From contig PUMP01000049.1 of NCBI GenBank assembly GCA_003551425.1, forward strand, positions 1-50,367: a stretch of 50,367 nt of DNA. The letters are read 5' to 3'. A model generated the notes under the pieces. The model did no database searches and had not been told where the DNA came from. It saw nothing but the letters and a program-made list of their open reading frames with translations. Of the stretch, positions 8,982 to 18,250 are shown in pieces; the stretch's first letter is position 1, and each line of letters opens with the position of its first letter. The position numbers and the translations under genes were made by a program. The stretch is from Candidatus Nealsonbacteria bacterium (GTDB lineage Bacteria > Patescibacteriota > Minisyncoccia > Minisyncoccales > PWPS01).

Positions 8982-10270
8982 AAAAGAGTATTCACTTTGT
9001 AGGGATTGGAGGAATAGGCGTTTCTTCCATTGCAAGGCACTTTCTTGCCGAAGGGTACAAGGTTACCGGTTCTGATTTAAACCCTTGTCCGGAATTGAAA
9101 GAGATAGGAATAACGGTTTTTGAAGGGCATGCTCGAGAAAATGTAGATCCTAATATTGAACTTTTGGTTTACAGTAATGCTGTTTTGAAGAGTAATCCCG
9201 AGCTCAAAAGAGCAAGAGAGCTTGGCATTAATATAAAAAGCTCTCCCGAGGTGTTGGGAGAACTTACAAGAGAATATTATACGATAGCGGTTTCCGGGAC
9301 TCACGGCAAAAGCACTACTACTTCTATGATTGCACTTCTTATGATCGCCGCCGATCTTGACCCAACGGTAATTATCGGTACTAAGCTAAAAGAATTTGGA
9401 GGAACAAATTACCGCGAAGGAAAATCGAAATATTTACTCATTGAAGCCGATGAATGGAAGGCTTCTTTCTTGAATTATAATCCCGATATAGCGGTAATTA
9501 CCAATATTGAGGAGGATCATCTTGATTTTTATCCGAGCCTGGAGAGTATAATTGAGATATTTTCCAAATACATTAAAGAAAATTTAAAAGAAGGGGTTCT
9601 TATTTTAAACGAAGACGATGAAAACAGCTTAACACTTTTAGAGCAAGACATTGATGCTCGGGTTATAAAATACGGGCTTAAAAAAGATAAAGCAGAGAAG
9701 ATAAAGCTTTCCGTACCGGGGAAACACAATGTCTATAACGCTCTTGCAGCTTTTCATGTAGGGCGCGTTTTGGGAATTGAAGAAACGTTAATCTATGATT
9801 CTCTCAAGAAGTTTAAGGGTTCTTGGAGGAGATTTGAAGAGCAGGAAATAAAGATGAAGAATGGCCGCCTTGTAAAGTTAATAAATGATTATGCGCATCA
9901 CCCTACAGAAGTAAAAGCCACTTTAGAAGCGGCAAGAGAGAAGTATCCTGAGAAAAAAATTACCGCTCTTTTCCAGCCACATCAATACGAGAGAACTTAT
10001 CGTCTTTTTCCTTCTTTTATTTCAAAGCTTTCCAATACTCCGGCGGATCGGCTCCTTATCTCTGATATTTATACTGTTGCCGGAAGAGAGTCGGAAGAAA
10101 TAAAAGAGAAAGTAAGTGCAGAGATGCTTGCCGATAACATAAAAGATGCAACTTATGTCGGAAATTTGGAAGAAGCGGGTGACTATTTGCTTGAAGTGTT
10201 GCAAGAAAATGAAATTCTTATTATAATGGGAGCAGGAGATGTTAGTCGTTTAATTGACTATATCTCTTAA
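8978..10270 (+). CDS. murC: UDP-N-acetylmuramate--L-alanine ligase
   Basis: 'HFVGIGGIGVSSIARHFLAEGYKVTGSD', 'GTHGKSTTTSM', and a Mur ligase C-terminal domain. Confidence 0.9.
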   Translation: MKKSIHFVGIGGIGVSSIARHFLAEGYKVTGSDLNPCPELKEIGITVFEGHARENVDPNIELLVYSNAVLKSNPELKRARELGINIKSSPEVLGELTREYYTIAVSGTHGKSTTTSMIALLMIAADLDPTVIIGTKLKEFGGTNYREGKSKYLLIEADEWKASFLNYNPDIAVITNIEEDHLDFYPSLESIIEIFSKYIKENLKEGVLILNEDDENSLTLLEQDIDARVIKYGLKKDKAEKIKLSVPGKHNVYNALAAFHVGRVLGIEETLIYDSLKKFKGSWRRFEEQEIKMKNGRLVKLINDYAHHPTEVKATLEAAREKYPEKKITALFQPHQYERTYRLFPSFISKLSNTPADRLLISDIYTVAGRESEEIKEKVSAEMLADNIKDATYVGNLEEAGDYLLEVLQENEILIIMGAGDVSRLIDYIS

Positions 10271-10310
10271 ATCAAGACAAGGTCGATTTAAATCAATTTA
10301 TAATATTATT

Positions 10311-10520
10311 ATGGGAATTTGGTTAATTTTGGGACTTATTTTAGTAGTAGTTTTGGTGGTATGGTATATGATGAGTAGACAAGAGTTGTCCGAAGAAGAA
10401 GCGGTAACAACGGAAGAAGAAACAAAAGAAGAACCGTTAATGGAAGAGAGCGTAGAAGAGCCCAGAGAAGAAGAGGGAGAGGAAGAAGAAGGTCATGATA
10501 CGGAAAAGTGGGAAGGATAA
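10311..10520 (+). CDS. Small membrane protein with an acidic (Glu-rich) tail
   Basis: I chose the internal ATG at 10311 ('MGIWLILGLILVVVLVVWYMM', one TM helix) followed by an E-rich tail. A terminator follows directly. Confidence 0.4.
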   Translation: MGIWLILGLILVVVLVVWYMMSRQELSEEEAVTTEEETKEEPLMEESVEEPREEEGEEEEGHDTEKWEG

Positions 10521-10532
10521 ACAATGAAAGAA

Positions 10533-10568
10533 AACCGTCGTCCTGTTTTTTACGGCGGTTTTTGTTTA
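10533..10568 (+). terminator. Rho-independent terminator
   Basis: Hairpin aaCCGTCGTcctgttttttACGGCGGtttttgttt (one G.U pair) followed by a T-run. Confidence 0.6.
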
Positions 10569-10625
10569 CATTTTTAAAAATTATGATAATATCATGAACC
10601 ATGATTATAAGAATAAAAAATATTT

Positions 10626-11921
10626 ATGGATGTTAAAATCAATAAAAAGTCAGAAACCAAAAGAGAGCTAGAGGTCGTTATTTCCGTAGCGGAGATGGAG
10701 GATTATTTAAATAAGGCTGCAAAAGAGCTTTCCGATCAGATGGATATAAAAGGATTTCGCCCGGGGAACGCTCCGCGAGAGATAGTGGAGAACTCCGTGG
10801 GAAAGGAGAAGCTCTGGGAAGAAGCGGCGAAAGGAGCCATTCAAGAAACCTATCCAAAAATTGTTGAAGAAAAGGATCTTTTTACAATTTCACAGCCCAA
10901 GGTAGAGCTAATGAAGTGTGTTCCCGGCAATGATGTTGTTTATAAGGCAGAGGTTTATATTATGCCGGAGATAAAGCTTCCCGATTATAAGAAAATCGCT
11001 AAAGACGTCACGGAAAAAGAGAGTAAAGACATAGAAGTCACGGAAAAAGAACTTGAAGATACGCTGGGAAGAATTAGAGAATCAAGAGCAAAAATAAGAA
11101 GAGTGGAAAGGGAAGCGCAAGAAGGAGACACGGTTACTATTAATTTTGTTGGGTCTTTTGAGGACGATAGCGACAAAAAGATTGAAGAGAAAGATTTTAA
11201 ACTGAATTTAGGAAAAGGAGAGCTTGGCGCTCTGAAGGGTTTTGAGGAAGAGATTTATGGCATGAAGGAAGGTGAAAAAAAGAACTTTTCCTTAGAAATG
11301 CCGCCAATGCAAGAAGAGAAAGATGCCGCAGGAAAAAAAGTAAATATTGAAGTGGAGATGTTGTCTGTTATGGAGCGCGAGCTACCGGAGATTAATGATG
11401 AATTTGCAAGCTCTTTGCCGAACATAGAAAATGTTAAAGAATTAAAGGAAAAGGTAAAAGAAGGAATAAAGGCAGAGAAAAAAAATAAAGAGAAGGAAAG
11501 AAAAAAGATGATGATCATGGAAAACATTAAGAAAGAAACTGATTTTGAAGTTCCGGAAGTTCTGATAGAAAAAGAACTTGATAATATTATAAATAATCTC
11601 AAACACCAAGTTGCAAATAGCGGTGCTTCTTTTGAAGATTACTTAAAGCAAATCGGGAAAACAGAGGAAGATTTAAGGAAAGAATCCAGAAGGAAGGCTG
11701 AAGAAAACGTTTCTTATGCTTTGATATTGCATGCCATAAGTAATGAAGAAAATATTGAAGTGTCAAATGAAGAGATAGAAAAAGAGATTGAAAAACACTT
11801 TCAAGCGACGGGAAGAAAAAAGGAAGAAGAAAAGGAAGAGAATATGGAAAAAATGCGTGCTTACGTTTATGACGTTATAAAAAACCAGAAAGTGTTTCAG
11901 ATTTTATCGGTTGAAAGTTAA
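10626..11921 (+). CDS. tig: Trigger factor
   Basis: 'KRELEVVISVAEMEDYLNKAAKELSDQMDIKGFRPGNAPREIVE', the canonical trigger factor N-domain, then a PPIase-like middle domain and a C-domain. Confidence 0.9.
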   Translation: MDVKINKKSETKRELEVVISVAEMEDYLNKAAKELSDQMDIKGFRPGNAPREIVENSVGKEKLWEEAAKGAIQETYPKIVEEKDLFTISQPKVELMKCVPGNDVVYKAEVYIMPEIKLPDYKKIAKDVTEKESKDIEVTEKELEDTLGRIRESRAKIRRVEREAQEGDTVTINFVGSFEDDSDKKIEEKDFKLNLGKGELGALKGFEEEIYGMKEGEKKNFSLEMPPMQEEKDAAGKKVNIEVEMLSVMERELPEINDEFASSLPNIENVKELKEKVKEGIKAEKKNKEKERKKMMIMENIKKETDFEVPEVLIEKELDNIINNLKHQVANSGASFEDYLKQIGKTEEDLRKESRRKAEENVSYALILHAISNEENIEVSNEEIEKEIEKHFQATGRKKEEEKEENMEKMRAYVYDVIKNQKVFQILSVES

Positions 11922-11941
11922 AAGAACAAAGAAAAAACATG

Positions 11942-11967
11942 AAAAAGAGCGCTTTGCGCTCTTTTTT
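11942..11967 (+). terminator. Rho-independent terminator after tig
   Basis: AAAAAGAGCGCtttGCGCTCTTTTTT, a perfect GC stem plus a T-run. Confidence 0.75.
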
Positions 11968-12029
11968 AATTTATTGTATAATCAAAAAATTGCATATTGA
12001 AAGAATTTGGGTTAAAATAAGAAAAAATT

Positions 12030-12401
12030 ATGAAAAACAAAATTTTAATCATTGAAGACGAAAAAATGGTTGCAGACTTGTATAAAAGCAAACTAATGGA
12101 AGAGGGTTTTGATGTTTATTATACTGTTAGTGCGGAGGAGGGGATAAGATTATCTAAAAAAATAAGGCCGGATTTGATTATTTTTGATATTTTGCTTGCT
12201 CATGAAGAAGGAGCCGATTTTTTAGAAGAGTTAAAGAAAGAAAAAGAAACATCTTCAATACCGGTTATAGTCCTTTCTAGCTCTGATGCTGCGGAAATAA
12301 AAGAACAAGCAACAAGCCTTGGAGCGAAAGAGTGCCTGGTTAAAACAAACCTTTCTCCGGAGGAAATTTTAGAAAAGATAAATGGTTATCTAAAAAAATA
12401 A
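12030..12401 (+). CDS. Stand-alone response regulator receiver domain (CheY-like)
   Basis: 'ILIIEDEKMV', 'PDLIIFDILL' (phospho-acceptor Asp context), 'IPVIVLSS' and 'LVK'. No output domain is present and no kinase lies in the window. Confidence 0.8.
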   Translation: MKNKILIIEDEKMVADLYKSKLMEEGFDVYYTVSAEEGIRLSKKIRPDLIIFDILLAHEEGADFLEELKKEKETSSIPVIVLSSSDAAEIKEQATSLGAKECLVKTNLSPEEILEKINGYLKK

Positions 12402-12405
12402 AGCT

Positions 12406-13821
12406 TTGAACATGAAAAGAACACTGATCAAAGATACAAGCCTTTGTGCCGGAAAGGAGGTTAAGATTTTTGGTTTTATAAACACCATAAGAACACACGG
12501 CAGCCTCCTTTTTTTTGATGTTCGAGATCACTCGGGAATAGTGCAAGTAGTTGTTACCTCTGATAATAATAATTACGAGACCGCTCAAAAAATTAAACCC
12601 GAATGGATTGTGGAAATTGTCGGAGAAGTAAAAGAGCGTCCCGATAAAATGAAAAATCCTGAAATTGAAACAGGAGGAGTAGAGATAGAAATCAAAAATA
12701 TTGTTGTATTGTCCGAGGCAGAAACTGTTCCATTTTCTGTAAGTAGCGATGGAAGAGAGTTAAGTGAAGAGATGAGGATGAAGTATAGATATCTCGATCT
12801 TCGACGAAAAAGAATGCAAGAAAATTTAAGGATGCGCCACGAAGTAATACATTATTTAAGAAATTATTTATATAAGAAAGGATTCATTGAGATTGAGACT
12901 CCCGTCTTGACAAAATCGACGCCTGAAGGGGCAAGAGATTATTTAGTTCCTTCGAGAATTTATCCCGGAAGTTTTTATGCTCTTCCGCAGAGCCCGCAAC
13001 AATATAAGCAACTTTTGATGGTAGGTGGAATAGAAAAATATTTCCAGTTTGCCAAATGTTTTCGTGACGAAGACTTAAGGGGAGACAGACAACCAGAATT
13101 TACTCAGCTTGACATGGAGCTCTCTTTTATAGAGGAAAGTGAGATATTAGAGCTCGTAGAAGAGATGGTGATTGAAATGGTAACAAGCCTTTTCCCTGAT
13201 AAAAAAATTAAAGAAACTCCTTTTCCAAGGATCACTTATCATGAAGTAATGGAAAAATGGGGCACTGATTCTCCCGACCTTAGAGAGAACAAAAAAGATG
13301 ACAATGAGCTCGCTTTTGCTTTTATTACGGGCTTTCCTATGTTTGAAAAAAACGAAGAAAATAAATGGAGCTCTGTCCATCATCCATTTACCAGGCCGTT
13401 AGAGGATGATCCGGTCGAAATTAAGAAAAATCCTGAGCAAATTAAAGCACTTCAATACGATTTAGTATTGAATGGAAATGAGATAGCGGGAGGAAGCCTG
13501 AGGTCTCATAGGTTTGATGTTTTACAAGCGGTATTTGAGGTACTGGGACATTCAAAAAAGGACATTGATGAAAAGTTCGGCCATCTTTTTAGTGCCTTCA
13601 GTTACGGTGTCCCTCCTCATGGCGGAATTGCATTCGGCTTTGAACGTCTTTTAATGGTGTTAAGAGGAGAAAAGAATATAAGGGAAGTAATGGCATTTCC
13701 TAAAACCGGCGACGGAAGAGAGCTTATGATGGGATCACCATCTTCAAACGTAAGCAAAAAACAGTTAGAAGAATTGAAAATAGAGATCAAAGATGGAAAA
13801 AAGAAAAAAAATATTAATTAG
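12406..13821 (+). CDS. aspS: Aspartyl-tRNA synthetase, bacterial type but lacking the GAD insertion domain
   Basis: 'QSPQQYKQLLMVGGIEKYFQFAKCFRDEDLRGDRQPEFTQLDMELSF', 'HHPFTRP' and 'GGIAFGFERL'. It is only 471 aa. 'SPDLRENKKDDNELAFAFITGFPMFE' joins directly the two segments that flank the GAD domain in E. coli AspRS. Confidence 0.9.
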   Translation: MNMKRTLIKDTSLCAGKEVKIFGFINTIRTHGSLLFFDVRDHSGIVQVVVTSDNNNYETAQKIKPEWIVEIVGEVKERPDKMKNPEIETGGVEIEIKNIVVLSEAETVPFSVSSDGRELSEEMRMKYRYLDLRRKRMQENLRMRHEVIHYLRNYLYKKGFIEIETPVLTKSTPEGARDYLVPSRIYPGSFYALPQSPQQYKQLLMVGGIEKYFQFAKCFRDEDLRGDRQPEFTQLDMELSFIEESEILELVEEMVIEMVTSLFPDKKIKETPFPRITYHEVMEKWGTDSPDLRENKKDDNELAFAFITGFPMFEKNEENKWSSVHHPFTRPLEDDPVEIKKNPEQIKALQYDLVLNGNEIAGGSLRSHRFDVLQAVFEVLGHSKKDIDEKFGHLFSAFSYGVPPHGGIAFGFERLLMVLRGEKNIREVMAFPKTGDGRELMMGSPSSNVSKKQLEELKIEIKDGKKKKNIN

Positions 13822-14746
13822 TGTTCTGGCGGGAACAATTGCTTTAGCTCTTTTTATCGTTTTCTTTGCAGGAAACGAAGAAAATGAGACTGAAAAAGTG
13901 AAAAAAGAGTCGGTAATAAAGGAAATAATTTATCCTGAAAGAGTTGATTCCGAAATAGATTTAAACGTTAATGCCGCTGCCGCTTTTTCTCTTTATTTTG
14001 ACGAAGAAAACGAAAAAGTTCTTTATGAAAAAAACCCGGATATGATATTGCCTATCGCAAGTATTACCAAAGTTATGACCGCAATTATTGTTTTAGAGAA
14101 TTATAATTTGGAAGAACCGATAGGAATAAGAGAAGAAGATATTTTTTTTCAATCGGAGTTTCGTGATTTTCGAGCCTGGGAACAAACAAAAATAAAAGAA
14201 ATGTTATATCCTTTACTTATTGAGTCTAACAATAGTGCCGCATTTTCTTTTGCCGCGATAAGCAATCGTTTTCTTGAAAATGGAAGTGATCCGGTGGAAA
14301 ATTTTGTAAAAGAGATGAATGAAAAGGGAGAGGGGATAGGCCTTGAAAAAACCGAATTCATTAATCCGAGCGGTTTAGATAAAGACGGTAAAGCCAACTA
14401 TTCTACCGCACGGGATGTTGCCAGTTTAGCAAAATACGCACTTCTTGAGACGGATATCTTTGATATTTTATCAAAAAGAGATTATCAACTTCATTCTCCA
14501 AGCGGATCTATTTATTATAGCTTTATCAATACTAATGATTTTCTTTTCACGCGAAAGAATGGGTGGGAGGAGAGAGTTGTGGGGGGTAAAACGGGCTGGA
14601 CCTATAGAGCGCTTGGATGCCTTTTTCTTGTAGTAGAAAGCCCGGAGAGAGATGGTTATCTGGTAAATGTGATATTGGGAGCAGATGATCGTTTTTTAGA
14701 GATGGAAAAATTAATTAATTTTGCGCATGAAGCCTATCAATTTTAA
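13793..14746 (+). CDS. D-alanyl-D-alanine carboxypeptidase (peptidase S11, low-MW PBP)
   Basis: N-terminal TM/signal sequence. Motifs SxxK 'SITK', SxN 'SNN' and KTG 'KTGWT' occur in the correct order. Confidence 0.8.
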   Translation: MEKRKKILISVLAGTIALALFIVFFAGNEENETEKVKKESVIKEIIYPERVDSEIDLNVNAAAAFSLYFDEENEKVLYEKNPDMILPIASITKVMTAIIVLENYNLEEPIGIREEDIFFQSEFRDFRAWEQTKIKEMLYPLLIESNNSAAFSFAAISNRFLENGSDPVENFVKEMNEKGEGIGLEKTEFINPSGLDKDGKANYSTARDVASLAKYALLETDIFDILSKRDYQLHSPSGSIYYSFINTNDFLFTRKNGWEERVVGGKTGWTYRALGCLFLVVESPERDGYLVNVILGADDRFLEMEKLINFAHEAYQF

Positions 14747-14752
14747 AAAGAT

Positions 14753-15853
14753 ATGTACGGACCGGAAATAACAATAAGTGTAATGAAGATAGCGATTATC
14801 GGCGTTTTTTCTTTTCTAATTGCTTTTCTTGTTACGCCAACCCTTGCTTATTTTTTATATAAATATAAGTTATGGAAAAAAAGAGTAAAAGACAAAGCGA
14901 TTGATGGTAGTGACATATCTTACTTTAAAAAATTTCACTCTGATAGAGAAGTAAAAATTCCTCGTCTCGGAGGTTTGCTTATCTGGACTACGGTGTTTTT
15001 TCTTTCTTTCTTCTTCTATCTACTTTCTTTGTTTTCTGATGCGTTTTGGGTTGAAGAGCTTAATTTTTTAAGCAGAGAGCAAACCTGGCTGCCTCTTTTT
15101 ACGTTGGTTGCCGCTTCTTTAGTAGGGCTGGTTGATGATCTATTGCAGGTTTTAGATATTTCAAAAATATCTTTTTTCAGAAAATGGGAAAGATTTGCAT
15201 ATATAGCGGGGGGATTAAGTTTGCGCTATAGGCTTGCCATGGTTTTAATAATTGGTGCGGTAGGAGCATGGTGGTTTTTCTTCAAATTGGATCAAAGCGC
15301 AATATTTATACCCGGACTAGGAGACTTGGATCTTGGTCTTTTTTATATTCCCTTTTTTATTATTGTAATGATTGCTGTTTATAGCGGAGGAATCATTGAC
15401 GGAATCGACGGGCTTTCGGGAGGAGCTTTTGCCGCTATTTTTACAGCTTATGCAACGATCGCTATTTTCCAAGGACAGATTGATCTTGCCGCCTTTTGCC
15501 TGGCTATTGTAGGAAGTGTTCTTGCTTTTCTTTGGTTTAATATTCCTCCTGCAAGATTTTATATGTCTGAAACCGGAGTTTTGGGATTAACTACAACTTT
15601 GACGGTAGTTGCTTTTTTAACTAACGCGGTAGCGGTCCTTCCTATAATAGGGTTTCTTCTTGTCCTTGCTTCCGGCTCGGTAATACTTCAGCTTTTATCA
15701 AAAAAGATTAGAGGCAAAAAGCTTCTTTTGGCGGCTCCTCTTCATCATCACTTTGAAGCGAAGGGATGGCCTCAATATAAAGTAACAATGCGTTTTTGGA
15801 TTATTGGAGTAGTTGTTGCCATTATTGGCGTAATTGTTCATCTCTTGAGTTAA
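14753..15853 (+). CDS. mraY: Phospho-N-acetylmuramoyl-pentapeptide transferase
   Basis: Polytopic membrane protein with 'GLVDDLLQV', 'DGIDGLSGG' and 'APLHHHFEAKGWPQYKVTMRFW'. Confidence 0.9.
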   Translation: MYGPEITISVMKIAIIGVFSFLIAFLVTPTLAYFLYKYKLWKKRVKDKAIDGSDISYFKKFHSDREVKIPRLGGLLIWTTVFFLSFFFYLLSLFSDAFWVEELNFLSREQTWLPLFTLVAASLVGLVDDLLQVLDISKISFFRKWERFAYIAGGLSLRYRLAMVLIIGAVGAWWFFFKLDQSAIFIPGLGDLDLGLFYIPFFIIVMIAVYSGGIIDGIDGLSGGAFAAIFTAYATIAIFQGQIDLAAFCLAIVGSVLAFLWFNIPPARFYMSETGVLGLTTTLTVVAFLTNAVAVLPIIGFLLVLASGSVILQLLSKKIRGKKLLLAAPLHHHFEAKGWPQYKVTMRFWIIGVVVAIIGVIVHLLS

Positions 15854-15863
15854 AAATTATTCA

Positions 15864-17129
15864 ATGGCTTTGCTTTCTGAATTAAAAAATAAAAAAATAT
15901 TGGTTTTAGGAATAGGAAAAGAAGGAATAGACAACCTTGTTTTCTTAAAAGAAAAGATGCCTTATAAATCGCTTGGGGTAGGGGATATTCTCCCTTTTGA
16001 AAAGATTCCCGCAGAAAGCAGAAAAGAGATTGATAAAAATATAAACATTCACTTTGGTAAAAAATATCTTGATTCACTTTCCGATTACGATGTGATTATA
16101 AAATCTCCGGGAATTCCACTTCCTAAAAATAAGATAAAAGAAGATCAAGTCGTGACTTCTCAAAGTGATATTTTCCTTTCTAACTGTAAAGGAACAGTGA
16201 TAGGGGTAACGGGAACAAAGGGCAAAAGCACGATATCTTCTATTATTTATGAAACATTGAAAAGCTCCGGATTCTCGGTAAATTTAATCGGGAATATTGG
16301 GAATCCCGTTTTACGTTATCTTGGAAAGGAAGATAAAAACGATATTTTTGTCTACGAGTTGTCCAGCTTTCAGCTTGCTACAGTAAAAAAGAGTCCGCAT
16401 ATTGCTATTTTTCTTAATTTGTATATCGATCATCTGGATAAGCATGAAAATTTTGAAGAATATGTGTCTTCAAAAGAAAAAATTACTCTTTTCCAAAGCA
16501 AAGAGGATTATTTTATTTACAATAAAGAGGATCAAAGAATAAGAAAAATTGCCGAAAAAACCTTATCAAAAAAAATACCGTTTTCACCGACAAGGAAAAG
16601 AAAGAGCATTGCTACACCGCTTGATCCGGCCTTTAAGGTAGCAGAGATATTTGGCATAGATGAAAGCATTCTTTTAAAAACAATCGATAATTTTACTAAT
16701 TTGCCACACCGATTGGAGTTTGTGGGAAAGCATAGGGGTATATTGTTTTATAACGATTCAGCTGCAACAATACCTGAGGCCACTATTTATGCGATAGAAA
16801 ATATAAATAATGTAGAAACTTTGATTTTGGGAGGAACAAACAAGGGAGCGGATTACAGCAATCTTTTTGAAAAGATAAAAAATAACAATGACATTAAAAG
16901 CATAATTTTGTTTAAGAGAAGCGGGGAAGAAGTAGAGAGTGGATTAAGGAAAATGGGAAAAAATGTTTTTTACGCTTCCTCTATGGAAGAGGCCGTAAAA
17001 CTGTCCTTTTCTTATACCAGAACTGGAAAGGCTTGTCTTCTTTCTCCTGCGTTTTCCAGCTTTAATATGTTTACAAATTATAAAGAAAGAGGGGACTTGT
17101 TTAAACAAAATATAAAAAGATGGCAATAA
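15864..17129 (+). CDS. murD: UDP-N-acetylmuramoylalanine--D-glutamate ligase
   Basis: 'GVTGTKGKSTISSI' P-loop, 'PHRLEFV' and 'NDSAATIPEAT'. Context is mraY-murD-ftsW-murG. Confidence 0.9.
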   Translation: MALLSELKNKKILVLGIGKEGIDNLVFLKEKMPYKSLGVGDILPFEKIPAESRKEIDKNINIHFGKKYLDSLSDYDVIIKSPGIPLPKNKIKEDQVVTSQSDIFLSNCKGTVIGVTGTKGKSTISSIIYETLKSSGFSVNLIGNIGNPVLRYLGKEDKNDIFVYELSSFQLATVKKSPHIAIFLNLYIDHLDKHENFEEYVSSKEKITLFQSKEDYFIYNKEDQRIRKIAEKTLSKKIPFSPTRKRKSIATPLDPAFKVAEIFGIDESILLKTIDNFTNLPHRLEFVGKHRGILFYNDSAATIPEATIYAIENINNVETLILGGTNKGADYSNLFEKIKNNNDIKSIILFKRSGEEVESGLRKMGKNVFYASSMEEAVKLSFSYTRTGKACLLSPAFSSFNMFTNYKERGDLFKQNIKRWQ

Positions 17130-18250
17130 AAAAACAAGCACCGGATAAAATCTTATTTTTTATTATTTTAGCTATCATTATTTTAGGGCTTTTTGTGTTT
17201 GCCAGCGCTTCTTCCGTGCTTTCGAAAAGCTATACGGGCAGTTCTTATTATTTTTTTCTTCAACAACTTCTTGGGGGTTTTTTGCCGGGAATAATAATTG
17301 CTTTTTTTCTTTTTAAATTTCCTTTGCAAAAATTAAGAAAATGGGCTCCCATGCTTTTGATAATAAATCTTTTTCTTTTGGCTTTGATCTTTGTCCCTTT
17401 TTTAGGTGAAACCAGTGGTGGTGCAACCAGATGGTTGAGTCTTAGAAGTTTTGGCGTGGATTTTTCTTTCCAACCGGCAGAATTATTGAAATTAACTTTT
17501 ATTCTTTATTTGGCAAGCTGGCTTACAACAAGGACCGGTAAAAAAAGCAAAAAGAACACTCTTCTAAGCGGCACCTTTTTACCTTTTATTGTTGTTTCCG
17601 GTGTTATAAGTGTGATTCTTTATCTTCAGCCGGATATAAGTACTTTGGTCGTGATTCTTTTTACCGCTTTGACAATGTATTTTTTGGCGAGAACTCCTCT
17701 TTGGCACACCATAGCTTTCATTATGGGAGGACTAGCGACAATATGGGCCGTCATTAAACTTGCTCCTTACAGAATGGCAAGAATTGAAGGAATGCTTAAT
17801 CCCGACATGGATCCGCTGGGAACCACTTATCAAGCGAAGCAAATGCTCATTACTATAGGGTCGGGAGGAATTACCGGTCTTGGCCTTGGAATGAGTCGGC
17901 AAAAATACGGGTTTCTTCCTCAATCCATGGATGACTCCATATTTGCCATAATGGCCGAAGAAATGGGCTTAATCGGGGGCGTAATATTAATTTTGCTGTT
18001 TTTAGCTTTTCTCTGGCGCGGATTTTTGATAGCCCAAAACAATAAAGATCAGTTTATAAGGCTTGCTGTTATCGGCATAAGCACCTGGATATTTATTCAA
18101 GCATTTGTTAATATAGGGGCAATGATAGGTGTGATTCCTCTTACAGGCATACCTCTTCCTTTTATAAGTTACGGAAAATCACACATTATTGCAGAGATGG
18201 CCGCAATAGGCATTCTGTTTAATGCATCAAAACAATATGAAAAAAAATAG
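17120..18250 (+). CDS. ftsW: SEDS-family peptidoglycan glycosyltransferase FtsW
   Basis: About 10 TM helices. 'QPAELLKL', 'DMDPLGTTYQ', 'GLGLG.S.QK..FLP...DDSIFA' and 'GIPLPFISYG' are SEDS signatures. Confidence 0.85.
   Translation: MAIKKQAPDKILFFIILAIIILGLFVFASASSVLSKSYTGSSYYFFLQQLLGGFLPGIIIAFFLFKFPLQKLRKWAPMLLIINLFLLALIFVPFLGETSGGATRWLSLRSFGVDFSFQPAELLKLTFILYLASWLTTRTGKKSKKNTLLSGTFLPFIVVSGVISVILYLQPDISTLVVILFTALTMYFLARTPLWHTIAFIMGGLATIWAVIKLAPYRMARIEGMLNPDMDPLGTTYQAKQMLITIGSGGITGLGLGMSRQKYGFLPQSMDDSIFAIMAEEMGLIGGVILILLFLAFLWRGFLIAQNNKDQFIRLAVIGISTWIFIQAFVNIGAMIGVIPLTGIPLPFISYGKSHIIAEMAAIGILFNASKQYEKK

Noticed and set aside
10380-10500. GAA/GAG-rich periodic tract that looks repeat-like.
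   Set aside because: It is in frame as the Glu-rich tail of the small membrane protein. There is no spacer/repeat organisation, so it is not a CRISPR or tandem-repeat array.
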